Positions 16,679 to 23,671 of a stretch of 32,000 nt of DNA are shown here, in pieces (position 1 is the stretch's first letter; the number at the start of each line of letters is the position of its first letter). The notes beneath the pieces are model-generated. The model was not told where the DNA came from. It ran no database searches and worked only from the letters and a program-made list of their open reading frames with translations. Origin of the DNA: an uncultured archaeon (lineage in GTDB: Archaea; Iainarchaeota; Iainarchaeia; Iainarchaeales; 0-14-0-20-30-16); contig CAZQQS010000003.1 of assembly GCA_964595665.1 (NCBI GenBank), positions 1,135 to 33,134 on the forward strand, given 5' to 3'. The translations under genes and the position numbers were made by a program.

Positions 16679-17485
16679 ATGTTAATATTAATAATGTCTA
16701 AAAATAATGAATTTAGTAATATATTGTTTCAATATATGTTATCTAATGGATTGTTAATTTTATCAAATGGGGTATACCATTATAATAATATTCCTATCTT
16801 ATTCGCAGATAATTTTTTAGATATAAAAGATTCTGAATTAGAATCTAATGAATATATTGTTTTGTCAAGCCATAAATCAGAAACTCAAAAAGAAGATTCA
16901 ATTTCAATACATTTTCCAGGAAATTTTAATATTGCGCAATTATTTGGGGAGTCTTATAAATTATCTTTAGCAAATTTAGACTATTTTAATAAGTTATTTT
17001 ATATCTTAAAAAATAATTCAAATTCTAAATTGAAATTTTGGATTGAGGCAACACATCATGGCCCAAGTGTAAATAAACCAATTATGTTCTATGAAATTGG
17101 CCCAAATTCTAATGCTTATAATAATATAGATTATATAAAATATTATTTAGAATCTTTGAATAAGAGTTTATTAATTAATCCTAAATTTGATAATTATATC
17201 TTAATTGGCGCCCCTCATTATATTGATTTGGAATTTATAGAAAGAGTAGAAAGAAAAACAAATCTAAAAGACATTTGTTTTTCACACATTATTCCTAAAT
17301 ATGCTTTAACTGAGATGTTAAATTTAGATGATTTAAAATTAAAAGATGTTTTATTAGAAACTATTAACAAATCAAAAGTTAATAAAGTAATATTAAATTC
17401 TGATTATATGAAATCTAAAAGCAGATTTAAAGTAATTTTAGAAAAAATTAAATTAGAAAAGGATTTATCTTATATTATAATATAA
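16679..17485 (+). CDS. dtdA: D-aminoacyl-tRNA deacylase, archaeal type (DtdA/DTD2 family), probable
   Basis: About 268 aa from ATG 16679 (alternative ATG 16694). It contains WIEATHHGPS, which I recall as the signature of the archaeal tRNA_deacylase family, plus LIGAPHY downstream. The length fits. The track start at 16559 would overlap the divergent gene and add a nonsense hydrophobic leader. TATA-like AATATTTAAAAG lies about 25 nt upstream of 16679, suggesting a leaderless mRNA. Confidence 0.55.
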   Translation: MLILIMSKNNEFSNILFQYMLSNGLLILSNGVYHYNNIPILFADNFLDIKDSELESNEYIVLSSHKSETQKEDSISIHFPGNFNIAQLFGESYKLSLANLDYFNKLFYILKNNSNSKLKFWIEATHHGPSVNKPIMFYEIGPNSNAYNNIDYIKYYLESLNKSLLINPKFDNYILIGAPHYIDLEFIERVERKTNLKDICFSHIIPKYALTEMLNLDDLKLKDVLLETINKSKVNKVILNSDYMKSKSRFKVILEKIKLEKDLSYIII

Positions 17486-17547
17486 AAAGAAAAAAAAGAA
17501 AAAAAAGGGAACTATATTAAAATATAGTTATATTCCCTTATTTTTTT
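17486..17547. terminator. Bidirectional terminator-like element: A-tract, interrupted hairpin, T-tract, between convergent genes
   Basis: A-rich run at 17486-17506. GGGAA-CTATAT (17507-17517), loop TAAA, ATATAG (17522-17527), bulge TTATA, TTCCC (17533-17537). T7 at 17541-17547. Read on either strand, a hairpin is followed by a U-run. Confidence 0.45.
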
Positions 17548-18275
17548 GCTTTTTTAGTTGTTTTTCTTTTAACAGCTGGTTTTTTTGCAGCAACTGGTTT
17601 TTTAACAGCAACTTTTTTTACTGGTTTCTTAGTTACTTTTTTAACAGTTGGTTTTTTAACTGCTGCTTTTTTTACTGGTTTCTTAGCAACAACTTTCTTT
17701 TTAACAGCTGGTTTTTTTGCGGGAGCTTTAGCTACCTTTTTCTTTTTTCCAAACATCTTACCTTCCTCCTCTTTTGGCAAGTATAATAGATCTTTTAAAT
17801 CATCATTTTCTGATTTAACAAGATCATCGTAAAGCTCTTCTGAGTCCAACCAATCGGAATCAAAAAAGTGATCTTCTGGGATATCCTTTTTAGTAGATTT
17901 TACATTTTTGTTTAATTCTAAATCTTTTAATAATTCAGATATCTCTTTGTCATCTACATCTTCAATGTATTTTTCTAATAATAAATTGTAAACTTCTTCT
18001 TCTAACAAATCAATTCTTTTTTCTAAGTAATCTATGTGGCTAATAGTAGCTAATTCTTCTTTTTTCATTTGAGTTTTGATAAAGTTTTCTATTCTTGCGT
18101 TTAAATGGTCGTTAACTTTAGCTTTTCTGTCCATAATTAAGTTTACTAATTCAGAATATTGGTCTTTGTTTATAATTTTTGTAGTTTGTAATTGTTTAAC
18201 AAAATCTTCGATTTGTTTTTTACTCATATCATGAGCTCCCAAACCAATTACAATTCCTTTTTTTAATAACTCCAC
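17538..18275 (-). CDS. Hypothetical protein with a phasin-like N-terminal helical region, an acidic linker and a histone H1/PhaF-like Lys/Ala/Pro/Val-rich C-terminal tail
   Basis: GTG start (18273-18275) is preceded by GAGGTG with a 5-nt spacer. N-terminus: MELLKKGIVIGLGAHDMSKKQIEDFVKQLQ.... Acidic stretch: DSDWLDSEELYDDLVKSENDDLKD. By hand count, 32 of the last 69 residues are Lys (KKPAVKKKVVAKKPVKKAAVKKPTVKKVTKKPVKKVAVKKPVAAKKPAVKRKTTKKAKK). Confidence 0.7.
   Translation of the reverse strand: MELLKKGIVIGLGAHDMSKKQIEDFVKQLQTTKIINKDQYSELVNLIMDRKAKVNDHLNARIENFIKTQMKKEELATISHIDYLEKRIDLLEEEVYNLLLEKYIEDVDDKEISELLKDLELNKNVKSTKKDIPEDHFFDSDWLDSEELYDDLVKSENDDLKDLLYLPKEEEGKMFGKKKKVAKAPAKKPAVKKKVVAKKPVKKAAVKKPTVKKVTKKPVKKVAVKKPVAAKKPAVKRKTTKKAKK
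17541..17747 (-). repeat. Coding low-complexity tandem repeat (K-K-P-[AV]-x units) forming the basic tail of the 17538..18275 protein
   Basis: Reiterated units such as TTTTTTAACAGCTGGTTTTTT and TTTTTTACTGGTTTCTTAG on the + strand are in frame and encode the lysine-rich tail. Confidence 0.8.
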
Positions 18276-18385
18276 TTTAACACCTCAAATAATATTTTAT
18301 TTTAAATAATTTATATAGGTAATAAAAAAGATATTTATAAACTTTTCTATTTTTTTAATATAAAACAATAAATATTTGTGATATT

Positions 18386-19123
18386 ATGTTAAAAAATAAA
18401 AAAATATTTTTAGAAATAATTGGATTAAGTTTAAAAAATTTTAAATTAAATTTTTTTTTAACTTACTTTTATTTGTTAATATTTTTTGGTTTAAGTTATT
18501 TATTATTTATATTCAATTACTCAATGTATTTTTTTATAACAAATACTTTAAGAGCTAATTTGTTTGTATTGTTAGGAATTGTTTCAACAATTGCATTGAC
18601 AATAGTATTTTATACAATAACAAACATAGCTAAAAAGAAAGTAGTTTTTTCATATTCTAATTTAATTATGGTAAATAAAGATCCTTTAGAGTTAAGATCA
18701 TTAAATGATTTTTTAGATAATTTAACTAAAATAACTATTTTAAAATATTTTATCAACACTATAGCCATAATCTTTGTTTTGTGCTTATTATTTGGAAGTT
18801 ATTTCTTTTTTGGCAAATATTTTATAGTTGTAGTATTATTATGTTTTCCATTAATATTCTACTTGGCATTAAACATCTCTTTTGTATCCTTTAAAGAGAA
18901 TTTATTCTTTGTTAAGCAGTATTTTAAATATTGGAGATTTTTTTTTAGATTTTATATATTAGAATTAATAATCTATTTAGTATGTTATTTGTTATATTCT
19001 AACATACCAAACATAGTTTTAGTTTTTCTCTTTTCTTTTGTCTTATGTTTATTAGTTTATTTTAAATTATATGTTTTATTTGCGTTTAGAATTCATTTGC
19101 TTTCTTCTATTAATAAAGTATAA
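18386..19123 (+). CDS. Hypothetical polytopic membrane protein (about 6 TM segments)
   Basis: 245 aa, extremely hydrophobic and rich in F/L/I/Y. No family motif recognised. The 3' end overlaps the convergent surface-protein gene by 48 nt. Confidence 0.5.
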   Translation: MLKNKKIFLEIIGLSLKNFKLNFFLTYFYLLIFFGLSYLLFIFNYSMYFFITNTLRANLFVLLGIVSTIALTIVFYTITNIAKKKVVFSYSNLIMVNKDPLELRSLNDFLDNLTKITILKYFINTIAIIFVLCLLFGSYFFFGKYFIVVVLLCFPLIFYLALNISFVSFKENLFFVKQYFKYWRFFFRFYILELIIYLVCYLLYSNIPNIVLVFLFSFVLCLLVYFKLYVLFAFRIHLLSSINKV

Positions 19124-21280
19124 GCTAACAATACTCAAACAAAGAATAGCTATTACAAATATATTATTGTCTGGTGTCTTAATTGTTGGAGCTGAACCTT
19201 CTATATTTATTGGAATTGAATACGATATTGATTTCGTAATTTCTTTACACAATGGACTATTAGAAAAAGTTCTGCAAAACTGTCCTTCAGTAGAAATAGT
19301 ATAATATAATTCGAATTTAAAATCAATTTCATTTGTTTTTAATAGTTCTTTAGCATTTATTTTAAAATTTAAATCTTTAAATATCAAATCATATGTTGCA
19401 TTTATATTTGCAGAACAAGTATAAGTTAGAGGATTACAATCATAGTTTAGTAATAAATTATCTGCAGTTTTTCTAACATCTAAAGGGATTTTAATATTAT
19501 TTACTAAAATATAATCAAAATAATATGTTTGTTCTATACCTAATAGTTTTAAAAAATAATATGAATTATAAATAGTATCAGGATTAATAGTTATTAATAT
19601 TTGAAAATTTAAATCATCATTTTTATTATAAACTTCTTTTTGCTTAATTATTTGAATTTTCATATTTAGATCTTCATTATTAACTGTGTAGATTGGCAAT
19701 AATTCTTCAGATAACATTAATGGGGCATTGTCAATAATATTTGTACTTAATATGCTTTCTGATTTATTGGAAATTAAATCAAATGGCTTATCTTTAGATT
19801 CAACTTGTTCAATTAATATATTATAACATTGGTTTCCACAAATCTCTGGAATTGTTTTATTGGCATATAAATTACCCCCAATACATTGCGGAGCATAATT
19901 TTTTTTAACATATCCTGAATTAGTGTAATAGTATAAAGGTATATTTCTATCCGAAGTATTTGAATTAAAATATCTAAAACTAATATAATTTTCTATACAA
20001 GAATAATTTTGAGAATCTAAAACAGGTCCAATAGAGTTGCCATCATTAAGGGATAAGATATTTTTTATATTTATAGTTAAATTTGATAATTTAGTAATAC
20101 CATATAAGAAATTATTAAAAAACATTATTTCAGATTCTGAAGGATATTCTTGGAAAACCTTTTCAACATTATAAAATGAGTTTGAATAAATTAATATATT
20201 TGAATCTTTTGCATTAATTGCAGCATTTGCATCGTTAAATACATTACTATGAATTATAGCTAAAGAATTATTTAAGTCAATATAATTTAATTTAGAATTT
20301 TGAGTACCTGTATCAGAATAAAGTTTAAATCCTTGGATTGTAATGCCATTTGAATTATTTATATTTAGCATATTTGTTGGATTAGTTAAATTTATATTAT
20401 TTATTTTATTGTATTCAAAACCATTTATTATAATATTTTCCGAATTTTCTAAATTAATAATGTTTTGAATATTATCTTTATTTGATATATTATTTATGTA
20501 AGATAAGTTTATGTTAGAATCGGAAATATTTTTAAGAGTTATTTTATTTCCAATTACGGGGCCTAAAATTAAATTTAAATCTAGATTGCTATTATCACTA
20601 AGATTAAATTTATTAATTATTATTGGAACGTTGCTTGAAAAATTTTTGGCATATAATAATTCATTTATACCAATAACCTTATCAGAATTTATTTGTAAAA
20701 TAGAGTTATATAAAAAAGTTATTTTATTTATGTTATAATCTGATAATGCTTCAAAATTAATTATATTTTTACCACTTATAACCATATCATTAATATTTAA
20801 GGAATTAAATTGCGTTGTTTGGGGTTTTGTATTAGTTGTAACTAATGGAATAAATTGATTAATAGTTGTTAGATTCTTTCCATTAATGGTTATTGTTTTA
20901 TTATTAATTAAAGATAATTTTGAGATTATTGTTTTTTTAGAATTATTGAATATTAATTCCACAAAATTCTTTTCATCATATCTCTTAGAAGTAATTTTAA
21001 TGTCTAAATTAGTTTCATTTTGATTATTAAAAGTTATTTTATAATTATTATAGGGTTCTGGAGAGTTTAAAGTAATATCTATTAATTTATAATCTGGATA
21101 TCCTAGCTTTATTGAATCTAGATTCATATTTATTTGGGCATATTTAAATTCGCACTGTATTTTAAATTCCAAATCTCGATATACACAACCTGTAGGTAAT
21201 GCACTATATCCAAAATTTAAAAATAATAAGAATCCAAAAAGTAAAAAAACTATACTTAACATTTTATTCAAATAAACCAC
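19076..21280 (-). CDS. Large exported surface protein: signal peptide, Asn-rich beta-helix-like repeat region, C-terminal TM anchor (S-layer or adhesin candidate)
   Basis: 734 aa. N-terminus MVYLNKMLSIVFLLFGFLLFLNFGYSA (GTG at 21280; alternative ATG at 21262). Reiterated short [IL]-N-[IL]-x-N-S-x-N-[IL]-x-[IL] strands: NINLSYINNISNKDNIQNIINLENSENIIINGFEYNKINNINLTNPTNMLNINNSNGITIQGF. At least 15 N-x-S/T sequons by eye. C-terminus: IFVIAILCLSIVSLYFINRRKQMNSKRK. Confidence 0.7.
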   Translation of the reverse strand: MVYLNKMLSIVFLLFGFLLFLNFGYSALPTGCVYRDLEFKIQCEFKYAQINMNLDSIKLGYPDYKLIDITLNSPEPYNNYKITFNNQNETNLDIKITSKRYDEKNFVELIFNNSKKTIISKLSLINNKTITINGKNLTTINQFIPLVTTNTKPQTTQFNSLNINDMVISGKNIINFEALSDYNINKITFLYNSILQINSDKVIGINELLYAKNFSSNVPIIINKFNLSDNSNLDLNLILGPVIGNKITLKNISDSNINLSYINNISNKDNIQNIINLENSENIIINGFEYNKINNINLTNPTNMLNINNSNGITIQGFKLYSDTGTQNSKLNYIDLNNSLAIIHSNVFNDANAAINAKDSNILIYSNSFYNVEKVFQEYPSESEIMFFNNFLYGITKLSNLTINIKNILSLNDGNSIGPVLDSQNYSCIENYISFRYFNSNTSDRNIPLYYYTNSGYVKKNYAPQCIGGNLYANKTIPEICGNQCYNILIEQVESKDKPFDLISNKSESILSTNIIDNAPLMLSEELLPIYTVNNEDLNMKIQIIKQKEVYNKNDDLNFQILITINPDTIYNSYYFLKLLGIEQTYYFDYILVNNIKIPLDVRKTADNLLLNYDCNPLTYTCSANINATYDLIFKDLNFKINAKELLKTNEIDFKFELYYTISTEGQFCRTFSNSPLCKEITKSISYSIPINIEGSAPTIKTPDNNIFVIAILCLSIVSLYFINRRKQMNSKRK

Positions 21281-21361
21281 CCTATACTTTAATAATACTA
21301 TAATTATAGGGTATATATGTTAAAGAGGTTTAAAATCTTTTCGCTATATTAGGCAATTAAT

Positions 21362-21994
21362 TTATATGAATAAAAGCATGTAAAGCAAGCTACTCATTAT
21401 AAATGTAGAAAAATTGTGGTCTAACCAAGGAATTAATAAGAATAAGTTAGTTCCAAAAGCAATAAACAAAGCTATATAGAAAGGCATTCCAAAAAATATT
21501 AATATAATTGAACCAATTAAACTAGCCAAAACTAAATACTCTAAAGATGTACCATAAATCATATATTGATGTTTAGCTTTCCATAAAATTAATGATGCTA
21601 AATTATTTGCAAATCCTAAAATTATTAAACCAATAACTAAAGCCCAAGTAATTGGGAAATCAATATAAATTTGTAAAGCCCACGCAAAAACAAAAATAGT
21701 TATAAATCCTAATAAAGATAATGTTGCTTCTTTTCCAGGAAATCCTTCCTCATATTCTCTTTCAACATTAAAAAAGAATCTAGAAACCCAATTATCTTTC
21801 TTTTTGTAAAATCTAAATACAAATACAGAAGGTATGAATAAAAGCAATAAGAAACCTAAAGCCCAATTAAATCCACCATATATTAAAAGTAAAATCAAAA
21901 GAAAACAAAATATTATTTTAATCTCAAACCTTAAAAATTCTTTTTCTAAAGTCGTTTGTCTGCTTTGATGCTTAATATAACTCATATTGATCAA
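21362..21994 (-). CDS. Hypothetical polytopic membrane protein (210 aa)
   Basis: TTG at 21992-21994, or more likely ATG at 21983-21985 with a TATA-like element about 30 nt upstream (leaderless). About 6 hydrophobic segments. Function not assignable. Confidence 0.5.
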   Translation of the reverse strand: MINMSYIKHQSRQTTLEKEFLRFEIKIIFCFLLILLLIYGGFNWALGFLLLLFIPSVFVFRFYKKKDNWVSRFFFNVEREYEEGFPGKEATLSLLGFITIFVFAWALQIYIDFPITWALVIGLIILGFANNLASLILWKAKHQYMIYGTSLEYLVLASLIGSIILIFFGMPFYIALFIAFGTNLFLLIPWLDHNFSTFIMSSLLYMLLFI

Positions 21995-22028
21995 TTATAT
22001 AATGAAATATATATTTATATAGTTTTCC

Positions 22029-23312
22029 TTAATTATCAATACTTGAAGATCTTTCAATTATTTCCCCTTTTAAGCTCTTTTGCATTAAATTAACAAAATC
22101 TTTTTCTTTGGCAAAAACTTTTGCTTTAACATATGCAATTTCACTTAACATATTTTCTAAAGGTATAATTCCTAAATCTAATTGCTCTCGACCAGTAGAA
22201 TAAACATTTAAGTTTACTTTTCCAGCAATTGTTTGTGAACACATAAACAATTTGGCTTTAGATTTTTTAACTATTGGAAATAATCTGTTTGGCAAGTGAC
22301 CCATTCCAAAACCTTCCAAAATAACAACATCATTATTTGATAAAACAAAATCAAATAACTTTTCATCCACATCTGGATAAACTTTAAATAAACAAACTTT
22401 ATCTGAAATATTCTTATTCAAAGAACATTTATTTGAAATGTTGGGCAAAAAATCTAATTCTTCATTAATAATTACTTCATTAGATATGATTTTTCCAGAA
22501 TTTAAATTTAAATTAACAAATGCATAAGGTAATGAATTTACACTTTTAAAAGCATCTCTTCTTGTGCTATGTAATTTTTTAACTCTTGAAGCCAAGTGTA
22601 TTGCAACAGTTTCATCATTTAAATTGTAATGCATTGCAACAAATACTCCTGATTTCTTAGTGGAATTAATAAAACTTAGTGCACCTAATAAATTATATGA
22701 TGCATCAGAACTAGGTCTATCAGAACTTCTCTGAGCACCAACAAATACAACCGGCAAAGAAATATCCAAAATAAAACTTAATGCTGAAGATGTGTATTGT
22801 AAAGTATCTGTGCCCATAGCTACAACAAATCCATCATATTTAGAACTATTATCTTTTATAACATTCGCCAAAGTAATCCAATCTTTTGAATCTACATTTT
22901 CACTAAACTTTGACATTAAAGAAATAGTTTCAATATTAGCTAATTCTTTTATTTCTGGAATTGCATAAACTAAATCTTCAGAATTAAATTGAGATGAAAC
23001 TCCCCCAGAAACATAATCTACTCGAGAAGCTATAGTACCACCTAAACTTATAATACAAATATTTTTTAGGGCGGAATTTTTTTCCAAATTTAAATTTATT
23101 TTTGGTTTTTCAAATTTTGTATTTATGTCTGAGATTATTTTAATTGAATCTATATTATCTACTTTAATGGCAACATTATATCCAGATTCTAACTTTAAAA
23201 CTATTAGATCTTTATTTTCATTAGGGATTACTTTACCCTTAGCTAAACCCAAGAAAACATTTCCTTTGCCTTTAACTTCAACTTCTTTATTAAAATAATC
23301 TTTAGTATTCAA
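22029..23312 (-). CDS. gatD: Glutamyl-tRNA(Gln) amidotransferase subunit D (GatD)
   Basis: 427 aa. Asparaginase-type motifs: ISLGGTIASRVDYVSGGV and FVVAMGTDTLQYTSSALSF. These follow a roughly 90-aa N-terminal extra domain, the arrangement that distinguishes GatD from plain asparaginase. TTG start (23310-23312) is preceded by AGGTGA with a 4-nt spacer. Confidence 0.82.
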   Translation of the reverse strand: MNTKDYFNKEVEVKGKGNVFLGLAKGKVIPNENKDLIVLKLESGYNVAIKVDNIDSIKIISDINTKFEKPKINLNLEKNSALKNICIISLGGTIASRVDYVSGGVSSQFNSEDLVYAIPEIKELANIETISLMSKFSENVDSKDWITLANVIKDNSSKYDGFVVAMGTDTLQYTSSALSFILDISLPVVFVGAQRSSDRPSSDASYNLLGALSFINSTKKSGVFVAMHYNLNDETVAIHLASRVKKLHSTRRDAFKSVNSLPYAFVNLNLNSGKIISNEVIINEELDFLPNISNKCSLNKNISDKVCLFKVYPDVDEKLFDFVLSNNDVVILEGFGMGHLPNRLFPIVKKSKAKLFMCSQTIAGKVNLNVYSTGREQLDLGIIPLENMLSEIAYVKAKVFAKEKDFVNLMQKSLKGEIIERSSSIDN

Positions 23313-23374
23313 TATCTCACCTTTATTATAAAATATTACAAATATATTTATATTTAACCTATTTATATAATATT
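23313..23374. promoter_or_regulatory. 62-bp divergent promoter region (gatD to the left, four-gene operon to the right)
   Basis: ATATATTTATATTT (23342-23355) is centred about 27 nt upstream of ATG 23375, which fits a leaderless mRNA. ATTTATATAA (23362-23370), read on the minus strand, is placed to serve gatD, whose AGGTGA Shine-Dalgarno is at 23317-23322. Confidence 0.4.
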
Positions 23375-23671
23375 ATGGTTCAAGAGAAAGATTTAATCGA
23401 TAGATGCCTTAAATATGAAAAACTAACTATTAAAGCTTTAAAGAAATCTAAAATCAGCTGTCCTAAAGATAGCGCGTTGTATTTTATAGCTAAAGATTTC
23501 TTAGATATGAGCGAAAGATATTTAAAAGATGGACAACATTATCAAAAATTAAAGAAATATGATATTGCTTTGGCGAGTTTTTCTTATAGTCACGCATGGT
23601 TAGATGCTTTAGCCAGATTAGGATTAACAGATGTAAAACAAGATAGTAAATTATTTACTTTGTATAAGTGA
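23375..23671 (+). CDS. Small archaeal helical protein, DUF357-like (probable)
   Basis: 98 aa. AKDFLDMSERYLKDGQHYQKLKKYDIALASFSYSHAWLDALARLGL resembles the Y.xGWLDA..RLGL core I recall for the archaea-specific DUF357 family. Its stop overlaps the next gene's start (GTGATG at 23668-23673). Confidence 0.45.
   Translation: MVQEKDLIDRCLKYEKLTIKALKKSKISCPKDSALYFIAKDFLDMSERYLKDGQHYQKLKKYDIALASFSYSHAWLDALARLGLTDVKQDSKLFTLYK

Noticed and set aside
17541-17747. Repetitive DNA that could be mistaken for a tandem-repeat or CRISPR-like array
   Set aside because: The repeats are short, imperfect and in frame, encoding the KKP[AV] tail of a protein. There is no spacer/repeat architecture.
19071-19304. 77-aa + strand ORF overlapping the 3' part of the surface-protein gene; the 75-aa ORF at 20511..20738 is a similar case
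   Set aside because: Both are antisense shadow ORFs within a long, well-structured exported-protein gene.
21362-21994. Resemblance of EREYEEGFPGKEATLSLLG and GFANNLASL...GTSLEY to dolichol/polyprenol kinase (CTP-dependent, Sec59-like) motifs
   Set aside because: The resemblance rests on my memory of a loose consensus. The residues I would expect to be catalytic (GD..A..G, KS.EG) are substituted. This is not enough to assign a function, so the gene is left as a hypothetical membrane protein.
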